Shown: one piece after another, positions 24,511-36,015 of the stretch
Layout of the letters: each line of letters starts with the position of its first letter
Numbering within the stretch: position 1 is the first letter of the stretch
Assembly: GCA_028534125.1 (NCBI GenBank)
Contig: CM052817.1
Coordinates: 90,460,001 to 90,524,000, forward strand
Direction: 5' to 3'
DNA length: 64,000 bases
From: Lama glama
Taxonomy: Eukaryota
Position numbers and translations under genes: made by a program
Notes under the pieces: generated by a model
What the model was told of the DNA's origin: nothing
Seen by the model: the letters and a program-made list of their open reading frames with translations, nothing else
The model's database searches: none

Positions 24511-25609
24511 CTTAGAAAAACCCTCAGGTTTTTGGACTGTCACTGAGACTGGTGTATTATTGTGAGTTTATCAATTTTAACAAATGTTCCAGTGTGATGG
24601 AGGTTATGGACACTGGTGGTAGCTATGCATGTGTAGGGCAAGAGCTGTATGGAAAATATTTGTACCTTCCATTCAATTTTGCTGTGAACCTAAAACTGCT
24701 CTATAAACTAAAGTCTCTCTTTCTAGTAAATATAATCCAGGTAATTCAGTCTTCTGCAAGTAATTTAGTCACATCTGGTTGAAACAACGTTCCCTTTGGT
24801 TCTCTTCAGTATGTACTTGATAGCGATGTTAATGATGTGCTCTCCTCTTGTGTACTTGCCTCTTAACCTGCTCCTCTGGAGGAAAGCTTTGAAAAGCAAG
24901 AAGTCGCTGACAGGTCATCACAACAGAGAGAGTGGTGACCAGAGCCCCTAGCTTGGCCTTGATGTTTATGCTCTTATTTTGCTCCTTATGTCAACCCCAG
25001 GCCTCCAAAGATCTACTAACCTTCTTTACAATCAGACGTTCTCTCTTTGGGCATGAAGCAATTTCATGATTTTCTCCATACCAGGTCTTTCAGAAATCTG
25101 CAATGCAGCAAGGATGTAATCCAAGCCCTGTATCTGCATGAATGTGCAAAACTGCCACAGAAAAATCCTATGGTCATCCCATTTGGGGAGCATTATAAAG
25201 CCTTGCCTCCCAGATGGAAACAGAACACACTCCCTCTCCCTGAAATTTACCTAAGATGTGTGAGCAGGCTTCCCTTTGAAGCCTCAGTGTGCTCTTCTCT
25301 CTCTTGCTTCAATGCTTTCTCCTAGCCAAGGACTTTTATCTAATCACTGTTCAGCAGGAAATTGCCCCAAATCATTCCTCCTGTTCCATAGTTTGTAGTA
25401 AAAACTTCATGTTCAATCTTCCAAGCTTTTGTTCCTGATGTGATGTTTAAAGAGAAGATTCGATAATTTAGAAAACTGTTCTCAAGTGTCCTTTACAACT
25501 GAAAGCCTAGTTTTAGTCACTTAATGTATGAAATGGACTTCAAGAGCCTGTTTTATAGTGCAAAGAGTTGACCTTGATTACTTTGTCCTCGGAATTCCAG
25601 CTATAACCA

Positions 25610-25820
25610 TCTTAATGCGGTAATATACTGAGACTAGAGCAGACATCTTGCTAAGTACTTGGCGTGTGTGATCCATTTTACACTCATAACATTTAACAAA
25701 TGATGTTACTGAAGGAAGATTAAGAAACTCACTCAAGACTGGACAGTTGGTGATGAAACCAGGAATCAAAGCCAGACAGATTGCATCCAGAGCCCACACT
25801 CTTTGCCCTCTCTGTTACAG
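25610..25820 (-). mobile_element. MIR SINE
   Basis: 'actcactcaagactggacagttggtgatgaaaccaggaatcaaagccagacagattgcatccagagcccacactctt' is the reverse-strand MIR 5' half. Confidence 0.7.
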
Positions 25821-26914
25821 CACCTAAAAACAATCTATACTGATCCATAAGGGGATCAGCTGCATACAAAGAACTGAAAGAAAAAAAGTAGAAATCTCGT
25901 ATCAAAATATCACCTATAAATGTACAAATATATTGACTAGTGCTTAATTCAATGTGTAGTGAAATTTATAGTTCTAATTCTGATTGAAGTTTCAATCATT
26001 TTCAACAAATCTTTAAGTCATCCTCCAAAAATCCTGGATCAAAGAACTTTCCTATACAATTATCTATTATTCCTGGATGTTGAGAACTTTTCCAGATATA
26101 GGAATGCACGAGAATGCACAAAACTAGGCTAGCACATTCTCTTACGTCATGGTGTGTTTCTCTCTTGTTGTGTCACATGTTTCACTGGTAATGTTCATAA
26201 AAGTTAAGCTTTTCTCCTATGCCTAAGTTACGTTTTCATTTTATATGTATTGTTTCTCTCTGTAATTGTATTTGCAACTCATAAGTATACATAATGAATC
26301 ACATCATGATCCTTGAAACTCAATGGAGAAACAGGCTACTATCATAATTCAAACACAATCAGGAAGTACAACACTTGTTAATCGGTTCATTGTGACAAGT
26401 CACAAAAAAAATCAAAATTTGGAATTTGGATTCTAGTGTACAATATTAGAAGAGATTTCTAGTCTAACAGCATAATTATAGTTTCTTCTCTATATGTGCC
26501 AAATAAAGAACTAGGAGAAAGGAAGATGCATTTACTTATATGATTCCTATCTTGATTTAAGTCATTATTATTTATATTCCATGTATTAAATTCCAGGAAG
26601 ACTTAGTATATTTTAGTATTTAACTATAGTAAGGATATTTTCAATATACTATTAAGTATACTTAGTACGTCTTTATTAAAATACAAAAAATAAAAGATTT
26701 TTGACTTAATAGTCTTATTTCTATTTGGTATATATTTTACTATGCAAATTTTGTTCATTTATTTACATACTATGTATTAAATCAATGAGATGATTTATTC
26801 CATATATGCAAATTTTAAAATACCTAATACTAAATTAAATTGTGAGTAATTGTGGAAGAAAAGACAAAGGAAAAACCGGTTTGGTTTATGCAGTATTGTG
26901 CTTTCATCATATAT

Positions 26915-27650
26915 CTGGTATCATCGTCCTGTCAGGGCCACAGAAACTTTGGCTGGGTTTTCAATTGAAGGAAATTTAATACAGGGAATAAGTTACAAAA
27001 CATCTGGAAGGGAAAAGGAACATTCCCCAACGATTAGTATCTGCAATAAGCCGCTGCCCTCCGACGCCCCCTCTCGGAGCAGAGGGGAAAGGCTGTCACC
27101 CACAGCACATGCTCGCTGCCAGGCTGGAGCCCCACTGCAGCCTCCACTGTTGAGAAGCACTGCTGAAGCCGTCTCACAGAAATCCATGGGCCATTCTCGT
27201 GCTGCTAGTGCAGGAATCCCGGGGCCCAAGGTTCCTTGCAGCTGGCACGGGAATCAACGGAGTCCGGGCACACGAGCCACGGCCGCTTAAGTACCTGCTG
27301 CTGCCCCTGCCTTGCTGCTGCCCACAAAGCCTGGGCTGCTGCCGCCGCTGGAAGCATGCTGCCTGAGGAGGGGCCCAAGTGCTCACCACCACCATCTGCA
27401 AATGCTGCTGAAGGCTGTGCTAAAAGCCCTACCCTCCCCATCAAAAAAGGTACAGGATATTGGCTTTTTTCCTTCCTCCAACCTCTAATCACCTGCCAGT
27501 GCCTCTGCCACACTGTCAGAGCCTAACAGAGCCAGCTGGCAAAGAAATCTCGGAAGACAGTTTTCAGGCATCCAGCCTTTATTCAGAGCAGTGCACAGAG
27601 GATCAGAAGTGGAGCTGAGAGCAAATGTACAGATAACCCAGTCCCACCTC
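26915..27650 (-). mobile_element. Old ERVL-class LTR (LTR33/LTR41/LTR50-like)
   Basis: GC-rich block with 'cctccaacctctaatcacctgccagtgcctc...gagccagctggcaaagaaatctcggaagacagtttt' and 'atttaatacagggaat', typical of this LTR group. It explains the overlapping Ala/Cys-rich ORFs. Confidence 0.65.
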
Positions 27651-27689
27651 CTAAGTGGCTGTATGGTTTTCTTGACTTCAGTCTTTGGT

Positions 27690-29125
27690 AGCCTCCAAAG
27701 ATTCCTTCTATTGTTTTCTGTTCTTTCTCTTCTGCCTGTTTAATCTGTTACCAGTTCCTCTCACAGTTTCTGTTTCTGCTTTTTTGCTTATTTTCATATA
27801 TGTGGATCACACTTTCCTGTTTCATTGCTGGCCTTATAATATTTTGTTGAAACCTGGACATTTTAGGTTTTTAGGTTTTAGGACATTTTACTGTAGCAAC
27901 TCTGGATACTAATTCTCCCCCCCACCCAGGTCTGTTGTTTGTTTGCTTGTTTGTTTGTTTACATTTTGGTGACTTGGTTTGGCTCTTTCAGTGAAATCTG
28001 TTCCTACCTTTTTTATCCTTCCCTGGGTGCAGCTTTGGGTGGGGCAGAACCACCCTGAGATAACAGCAGTTTTAACAGGGCTCTCTTTGTCTCTTTCCTA
28101 GGTTTCTCGGATAAGCTGTCTGCTTCATTTGGTGTTAGCCCCCACCCCTTGGGTTTTTCTAATCACCAGCTGACTGCTTTTGTTGACGATGTCCTCAAGA
28201 CTGAGAACATATTGCAGTCTAATCCAATTTAATGTGGGCTCCCTCGTAAGGGTCATTTTCTGAGGCCAATCTTTGAGCTTTATACTGATCTTAGGGGGGC
28301 TTTTCTTAGGTGGTTCTTTTCCTAGTTCTCTGTTGAACTAGCTCACCTACGGTTTTGAGTGTTGTTCTTAATGAAAAAGAACTATCGTTGGCAGGGAATC
28401 CCTCAGCCTTATACTTCTCCACACTCTGCTTCAAGTGGATCAGTTCCTTTGGGAAGAGCTGCAGAACTTTACTTTCCTATGGACTGCCTCTTCCCCTGGA
28501 TGAGCTGAGCCACTGCTCTGGGCACTGGGCATGGTGGTAGCATGTGATCTTCTCAGCTTGCCTCTCCACATGAAGCTACCTCTTTCCTAAGGTAAACTGG
28601 AGGGAGGGCAGTCTTGGCCCAGGTATTCTCAACCTTCCCTGCGTGGGGTCGAGTCTTCATCCTGTGGATAGGGGCAGGGTGGAAGAAAGTAGCCCCTAAC
28701 CTCTCAGCCACACTCACCAGAAACTTAGCTTCTTCAACATGGAGTTGGAAGGGATGAGAAATTCTGATAACTTTCCCCCTCAGTGCGATAAGGTAAGCTT
28801 TGACTGGGAACTGAGGGGAGAGGGAGCCGCATCTTCTTGGCCACACCCACCGAGGGTGAAGCTTCTGCCAGTCTGAGCTAGAAAAAGGGAGCAAGATGAA
28901 GTGGGTTGTGTTTCAAATATCACAGAGTCTCACTCATCTTACTGTGTTTTAGTAGATTTTATTGAATAAATGTTTCTCCCTCCACTGCTTTGCTGTATGC
29001 CCTTAGGACTATTTCCAGAAAACTTAAATGATTGGATTACTATTTTTTATAGTTTGCACTAGCCTTGTTTGTTTCATTGGGTTTTCAATTCACTGAACTC
29101 TTCATGCTCGTGTCTTGAAAGCATA
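27690..29125 (-). mobile_element. Ancient L1M (L1MD-like) 5' region
   Basis: 'cacactttcctgtttc...attttgttgaaacctggacattttag...gtagcaactctggatact' and 'ttttagtagatttttattgaataaatgtttctcc' resemble reverse-strand old L1 5' ends. Confidence 0.65.
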
Positions 29126-30329
29126 GCTCTCCTGGGCTTCAGTCTTAAAGGTAAGACAACATGATGATGGTCCAACACTATTTAAAGTCTTTCTATCAGT
29201 GGCTTTTATTTTTCGTATCCCACTATTTTATTGTCATATCCCTGGTCTTGAGGCCACTGTGACTAGGGGCATTGTTATTTCTCTGTTACCTATTTGACTT
29301 AAGAAAAAATATATTTACAAGCATGTTTTGCATCAGGACTAACCATATAGCTATATGCCCATTTAATCCTCCACCATTATTGTTTCCAACATAATGACAG
29401 AATAGATTGGTATCAGAAATGAAAGAAAGGCTTCAGATTGCAGAAGAGGCCAACTAAAAGGAGTATTTATGCTATTAATGTTCCTTCGGTTTATGACGGA
29501 AATTACATGATTTTAAATAGCATCAGCCCAGTTCTCTAAGCCCAGATAATTATTTCTATTAATTGAAATAATCCAGAAGAATATTTGGACTCATATAATT
29601 CTAGAGTTAGAAGTGAACTTACTGGGCATTTGGCCCAACTATTTCATTTATAGCTACAAATATGAGAGGTCACTTGTCAGAGGTGAGACCAAGTTCACAT
29701 CTTTTGATGACAGAGCACTATAATTTCTTCTACCATGCTACTTTTTTAAACTATTGTTCTCAATTTAATGGTTGTTCTAATATGGCTAAAAAGTTAATTT
29801 TCATCTAGTTATGAATGAGGATGCGTACATCTGGGCAGCAACCTGCTCCAATGGCTCATTTTTAACATATAATCTGAAAAAAAAACCACTTAATATATGT
29901 AATTTCTAAGTTGTTATAGCTCCTGTTTCCTCATTACTGTTTTCTAAATCTCTATAATTTTGATTCTGTATGTTACATGTCTTTTTCAAGTAGAATTACA
30001 TTTTGTAGTTTTACCCTTTTTAGTTCATTGTTATTATTGGTTTCTCATAACTGGCATTTGCAGTAACAATTTGTTGGCATGATTTTTCTATTCTTTTCCA
30101 ACCAAGGATTATTGAGTAAGGCATATATTATTTTCCTTTATTATATTTTTCTCAGTTGGTTGCAAAGCCCTCTATTATTACCTCTGTTTATAGCAATTCA
30201 GTCTCATCCAAGCTAAAGGACGGCCAAGTAATATTATACAAATAAAATTTCAGTTTAAAATTAACTCAGTTGCATGTAATGCATGGAAAAAACGTGTGCA
30301 TGTTATTGCTATATTCTCTTTAAAAAATC

Positions 30330-30660
30330 ATATTATATTGTATAAGATCAAAGCATAGTGGCCTCCATCAAAATGTCTTAATTCACTGCCATCCCTTCCC
30401 CCATCATGATTCTTTTTCCTGTTCTACTAGTTATTTCTATCACACCGATCACTTTCTGATAAATTATATGTTTATCTCATTTATTGTGAGTGTGGCTTAT
30501 TGTCTTTCTTTCTTCCTATTCTTCTGCTTAAATGTGAGCTCCATGAGGGCTGGTATCTTCACCTGGTTTGTTGACTGAGGTACTCTTGTGACTTGGATGG
30601 TGCTTGGCTCTGTGGCATGATTGAAAGATGTCTACTGACTGCCTACTATGTTGAAGGCAC
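30330..30660 (+). mobile_element. L2 LINE 3' region relic
   Basis: 'aatgtgagctccatgagggctggtatcttcacctggtttgttgactg' is L2 3'-end like. Confidence 0.65.
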
Positions 30661-31109
30661 CTGGCTAAGCTAGTAAAGGAAAAAAAGGTAGTCATAGCCC
30701 TCGAGGTATATACATTTAAAATATATTTGATAAGCTTAGCCTTTTTAATAGCACTGTAGCAAGATATGAGCAATAATAGCAGACCTGGACCCCTTCATTT
30801 CCTAATTAATTGAAGAGGATTTATAACATAACCTGCATCAGGAAAAGAGTCAATATCTCTTGATAATGAGATGAAAATTATGTTAACAAAGGGAACAGTA
30901 TTATCTTACTGAGGAAACTAATCTCCATAGTCTGGAATATTAGATCTTAGAAAGTATTCCTGGAGGAGCCGAGGGAGTGGTCTGCCAAGCTGGGTCATCC
31001 CTTCTTCACCCAAGAGACCATTCTTCTCCCCAAATAGGTAATCTGGTGGAACAGAGTCTACAGAAATCTGGTAGAACTGGAAACATTTTTCAATCCATGG
31101 CTAATTCTA

Positions 31110-31225
31110 GAGCATGAATTCATTCATTCACCTATTCATTCACTTGACCAATTTTTCTTTAACTCCTGTCTATGTGTTGGTAACTGTTCTAGGTTTGGGG
31201 GATTTTGCAGTGAACACAAGTACTG
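31110..31225 (-). mobile_element. L2 LINE 3' end relic
   Basis: (TTCA)n tail 'ttcattcattcacctattcattcac' followed by 'tatgtgttggtaactgttctaggtttggggga'. Confidence 0.65.
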
Positions 31226-31454
31226 AATTACTGAATCACTGTTCTTCAACTTACATGACACAAAAGTGGATTTGGTACTCAATGGTTTCTAAAAATGGTG
31301 TAAATTATTTTGGAAAGAGAAGTATACAGGACCATAGAAGACTTAAAGGCGTTTTTTAAAAAAGAGAGAGAGAGAGATACAGAGGAAACAGAAGAGGTAG
31401 GGTTCAGAAAGAGGGTTTGTTCACATGGCAAATACAGGGAAGCTTCTGTGCCCT

Positions 31455-31516
31455 TGCTGTGCAGTGCAGTGGCCACCAGCCACCTGGGGCCACTGAGCAC
31501 TAGAAATGTGGTAAAT
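31455..31516 (+). mobile_element. MER3/MER33-like hAT-Charlie fragment
   Basis: 'gtggccaccagccacctggggccactgagcactagaaatgtgg' versus recalled consensus 'gtagccactagccacatgtggctattgagcacttgaaatgtgg'. Confidence 0.7.
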
Positions 31517-32449
31517 ACTTACTGCCTTGGGTCTAGACAGTGAGGGCCAGAAATACTAATTCCTGAGTTATCAGATCAATAACGCATCCCCATTATGCCA
31601 AATTCAGATTTATCCCTGGAAATTAAAACAGCTTCCAGGGATTGCAAAAGCTAATGCTTTCTGGAAAGAATGAAATACAACAAAGGCTGGAAAACCTGGA
31701 GCAGACCCCCTTTGGTCCATCATTGATTATACCTTCAAAAGCATTAAAATTCAAAAAAAGTCCAAAACTGTACTAGCCAAATTAAAAATAGGCTATACGC
31801 ATGCTGATAGGTATACTACGACCTCTGGTTTAGTGATTCTTAGAATGTGAACATGCTTGTGTTTGTATATAAGTAACCGCCAACACAGAACATGAAATAG
31901 GCACGCACCGTAGCGCCTGCCTCCCCCAACACCAACAGGCAGCATCAGACGCACTTTCCTCCTGAGAAAACTGTGGAGCGGCACAGGGAATCCCCTTATT
32001 ATAGAAACTAAGTTGAACAAAGACTTTGATTAACAAGTCCTCACTTCATAACTACCAAAAACTTGTCATTTTATTTCAGGAAGAAACCCAAATTCCAACA
32101 AGCAATAAGAATCTGTCGACTTGTTTTATCCTAGATGAAAGCATCTTAACTGGCAAGTTAGTCAAGTTCCTAACAAAAGCAGCAAGCGTTGGCGTTATCC
32201 TCAGCGGGTTGTTACATTGACAACTTGTTGCCAACTGATGCTGCCAGCACAGCTCTGGGCCTCACAAGTCAGACAGATCCACTCTGGGGGATTTTGTATT
32301 GCTAACATCTTCCTCATGTTGATCTCCAATTTCTCAACCTGAAGCTTCCATACTTTGTTCCTAAAATTTTTCTCTTAGTCCCTTTGAAATTATATTGAAT
32401 AAATGTAACTCATCTCCTAAAAGAAAGTGCTTCAGATATGTCACAGGTT

Positions 32450-32850
32450 ATAAACATTCTCTCTCACTACCCTTTCCATATCTACAAGACTCATCGTTCC
32501 CAAGTTACAGGTTCTTCATTCTGTCAGCGCACTTCCATCCAGTGTTAACCTGGAAGTGCCTCGCATTCAGCCAACAAGTTTGTTAGCTTTTGCTTCTGAT
32601 CTACTCTGGATCCAAAATTGCCATTTTGAGGTTTTTTTGTGGTTGTTGTTTTGGATCTAAGTTCATTTATTCCTTTTGAATTTACCACACTTAGGATGAG
32701 ATTTTCCCAAGTTTTTTAGTATTTCATTTTGAATACTGCTTTTATCATCCATAGTTTAGCTGTAGTTACAGTTTTGCAACACCTACATATTTTATTCATC
32801 TGCATTCTCTGCATTTCTAAGCTATTGACAACATGCTGAAAAAAAATAAC
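32450..32850 (-). mobile_element. CR1/L3 LINE relic
   Basis: 'ttcatttattccttttgaattt' and 'gcattctctgcatttctaagctattgacaacatgctgaa' resemble the antisense CR1 RT region. Highly diverged. Confidence 0.45.
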
Positions 32851-33148
32851 TAAAAACCTAGATAAATCATACAACTAGACATCTTTTATGGTGATTATCA
32901 AAGATACATTATTCTCTCCAAATAAGCTGTTAAAATTTGGAAGATAAAACATTTAACAAATATTTGATGAATGTTTAGTATGTACCAGGTACTCTTCTAA
33001 GAATATGGATGCTACTATGAATAAGATAGAAATAACAAGACAAACTTCATAACACGAAGCAGTTCATTATGGTGCCATAGGATAGGTGGAAAGTTACATA
33101 CGTAGCTGCCTGTTCTATCATCAGTGCTGTCATCTTGAAATGCATAAG

Positions 33149-34258
33149 TGCGGGGAGCCACTCATGACCTGAGGACTGCCGAGCACAGAACGGGACAATA
33201 AATCCCAAAGTGCTGGCGTCAGGCTCTGAGATTGATCTAACAAAGACAATCTCTGTCCCGCCACCCCCTTTGAAGAAGAATGCACCAGGTGCTCTAAAGC
33301 CCTAGGAACATCCTGAGCCATTAAGTTACTCATGATTTTTGAACAGAGAGATACAATCAGCATACAAGTTAGTGATCTCAGTTTACAGGAACAATCACCT
33401 TAGTTAGTGATCTTGGTATGTGGGGACATTAGCTCTAGTTTATGAGTACTATAAACAATATAGATCTNNNNNNNNNNNNNNNNNNNNNNNNNNNNNNNNN
33501 NNNNNNNNNNNNNNNNNNNNNNNNNNNNNNNNNNNNNNNNNNNNNNNNNNNNNNNNNNNNNNNNNNNNNNNNNNNNNNNNNNNNNNNNNNNNNNNNNNNN
33601 NNNNNNNNNNNNNNNNNNNNNNNNNNNNNNNNNNNNNNNNNNNNNNNNNNNNNNNNNNNNNNNNNNNNNNNNNNNNNNNNNNNNNNNNNNNNNNNNNNNN
33701 NNNNNNNNNNNNNNNNNNNNNNNNNNNNNNNNNNNNNNNNNNNNNNNNNNNNNNNNNNNNNNNNNNNNNNNNNNNNNNNNNNNNNNNNNNNNNNNNNNNN
33801 NNNNNNNNNNNNNNNNNNNNNNNNNNNNNNNNNNNNNNNNNNNNNNNNNNNNNNNNNNNNNNNNNNNNNNNNNNNNNNNNNNNNNNNNNNNNNNNNNNNN
33901 NNNNNNNNNNNNNNNNNNNNNNNNNNNNNNNNNNNNNNNNNNNNNNNNNNNNNNNNNNNNNNNNNNNATGAGTACTATAAACAATATAGATCTATAAAAC
34001 AATGCACGAGTTAATGATTTTAGTACACACTGTTTGAAAGTCCTAAAACAATACCTGTGCCTACGTGCAAGAATGCACGAGGTAGCTAGTTGAAATTGTA
34101 TAAATTAACTGCTGAAAATAAACTCGGGGTCCACTCTTGGCTTAGCGTCTTGCGGGCTAGAGTGAGACCCTCTCAACCCCACCTTCTAGTCTTTCTTTCT
34201 TTTCTCAGTCCTGCGGCACAGGTTTCTGGACCTGATGGATTGTCGGCTGGCTCCGACA
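33149..34258 (+). mobile_element. Young ERVK/betaretrovirus-type LTR element spanning an assembly gap
   Basis: Starts TGCGGGGAGCC and ends GGCTCCGACA (imperfect terminal inverted repeat). Perfect 6-bp TSD CATAAG (33143-33148 / 34259-34264). TATAAA 34099-34104 is closely followed by AATAAA 34117-34122. CpGs retained. Confidence 0.9.
33468..33967. other. Assembly gap (500 N)
   Basis: Run of exactly 500 N. The identical 26-mer atgagtactataaacaatatagatct sits on both sides (33442-33467 and 33968-33993). Confidence 0.99.
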
Positions 34259-34279
34259 CATAAGACTATATTTCATTTA

Positions 34280-34680
34280 GGATCTTATTAGGTGGCGAGT
34301 TTAAAAACCCAACTGTAATGGCTTTAACAATTAAAGGTTAGTTTTTGTTTTGTTCTGTTTTACATATAAGAAGTAAAGTGAGAGTTCATTGCTAGGCTGA
34401 TTCATCAGCTTAAGGATATAAGAGAGCAGAGCTTTACGAGTCTTCTGTCATTTCCACCATGGAGTCCCATAGTCACAAGATCACTAGTGTAGCCCTGGCC
34501 ATTATGTGTGTGTTTAATATCAGAGGACAATAGAGTGAGAAAAAGTAGACTCCTGTTTCAAGAAAACAAAAGCTTTTCCCACATCAAAATTTAGCTTATG
34601 TCTCATTGGCAAGAAACGTGTCAGATGGCTGTGACTGGCTAGAGATATTAAGAAAGATGGGGGTTAGAATGGGGAATTGG
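34280..34680 (-). mobile_element. Old MLT1 LTR relic
   Basis: 'aaaaccc aactgtaatggctttaacaa...gtcacaagatcact...gcttatgtctcattggcaagaa' follows the MLT1 reverse-strand pattern. Confidence 0.55.
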
Positions 34681-35311
34681 TTGAACTTAGAGCAGTGTCT
34701 CCCAAATTATGGGCACACAGTGGGTGGCACCCAAATCTCCCTAAATGACAAACAGGGATAAGAGAAGACATCTTACAGTTACTGAACTGAATCACAGAAA
34801 AATGAATAGGAGTTTTTCAGGTGCATAGTAGGCAAGGATGAGTTGAGCAAAGACTACTGTAGAAGCAAAAGCAACGACATTTACAAATGCAGAAGGTATA
34901 AGGGACAATGCTTTGTTTGTACAGGAGACTATGACAGGTGGCCAGACGTGATCCTGTGTCCTCCTCCTTTCTCATCCTGCACATGGCACAGACTTAGTGT
35001 CGGTCACAGAGAATGCAAATGGATTGCCCTTGATCCCAGCCACAGCACGCCCAGTGTTAATGTCTGATTCCTCTATTAGATCTTTCCCTGAGTGCTGTTC
35101 AATGTGTAATGTCCCATTCCTTCTATGCTCTTGTTATTCACTGTATCAAGGTTCTACTGAAGCAGAGTCCTTCTCAATCCTAATTGCATTGTTGTCCGGT
35201 CTGCCTAAAGCTCAGATTTTCTGTTCTACGAATAAATAACATTACATTTTTGTTTATTTTCTTAAGATGGTTTGAATCGGTCTCCTGCCACTTTGTTACT
35301 TGAAAATGAGT

Positions 35312-35443
35312 CTTTGGTGGGGGAGGAGGTAGGTAATTAAGTTTATTTATTTTACTTTTTTCTTTAATGGAGGTACATAGGATTGAACCCAGGACCTCCT
35401 GCATGCTAAGCATGTGCTCTACCACTTGAGCTAGACATTCCCC
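35312..35443 (-). mobile_element. tRNA-derived SINE (Vic-1-like, camelid) with TSD
   Basis: Reverse complement GGGGAATGTCTAGCTCAAGTGGTAGAGCACATGCTTAGCATGCAGGAGGTCCTGGGTTCAATCC has Pol III A and B boxes and a tRNA-Ala-like head, with an 'aaataaacttaattacct...ccccc' tail. TSD cttgaaaatgagt (35299-35311) / tttgaaaatgaat (35444-35456). Confidence 0.9.
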
Positions 35444-35522
35444 TTTGAAAATGAATTGATGAATACAGACCTAAAACCTATGGAAGTAATCTTCAATGAA
35501 ACACACTTTGAGAAATATTGAT

Positions 35523-36015
35523 TATGGTAGACAGAATTCTAGGATGACCCCCATGATCTCCACCTCTTAATGTTACACTCTGCAGAATCCCCTCCCTTTG
35601 AAAATGGATAGAACCTGTGACCTTCCTCTCCCCAATTGAATATGGCAAAGTTAATAGGATATCCATCCCTTGGTTAGGTTTCATTATACAGCAAAAGTAA
35701 TGGGAGGTCACATCTATGATTACATTGTTGGATAAGATTCCTTCTGAGCAGACTGGTATGTGATACTGCCTTGCTGGCTTCAAAGAAGCAAATGGCCATA
35801 TTTTGAACTACTATGGAGAGGACCACGTGGCAGAGAATTGCAGGCAACCTCTAGGAGCTAAGAACAACCTCTGGCTGGCACTCAGCAAAAGCTAGGGCCC
35901 TAAGTCATATAGCTACAGGGAAATGAACTCTGCCAATGACCTGAATGGGAATAGAAGTGGCCTCCCCTAATCAAGCTTCCAGATGAGAATGCAGCCCAGT
36001 GACACCTGCATGTCA
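35523..36015 (+). mobile_element. MLT1 (MLT1E/F-like) LTR
   Basis: 'tatggtagacagaattctaggatgacccccatga...ggagaggaccacgtggcagagaattg...ccagatgagaatgcagcccag'. Confidence 0.8.

Larger units (their letters stand above)
22249..24726 (+). mobile_element. Old L1 (L1MC-like): 5'UTR and ORF1 relic joined directly to the 3' end; interrupted by a solo LTR
   Basis: Starts right after tttt|aaaaaag with 'gacttccagttcc'. ORF1 relics span about 23860-24510. The L1MC-type 3' end 'caattttgctgtgaacctaaaactgctcta' lies at 24674-24703. Confidence 0.8.

Noticed and set aside
26560..26840. Very AT-rich stretch with short direct and inverted repeats
   Set aside because: Low complexity; the matches are expected by chance at this composition.
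26850..27526. Overlapping ORFs on both strands in a GC-rich block, suggesting an exon or CpG-island promoter
   Set aside because: The block has hallmarks of an old ERVL-class LTR. High GC content explains the lack of stops, and the peptides resemble nothing I recognise.
33400..34014. Three long ORFs (183-200 aa)
   Set aside because: Artefacts of translating through the 500-N gap.
35370..35443. tRNA-Ala gene
   Set aside because: The acceptor and T stems are degenerate, and it has a SINE tail and TSD. It is a SINE, not a tRNA gene.
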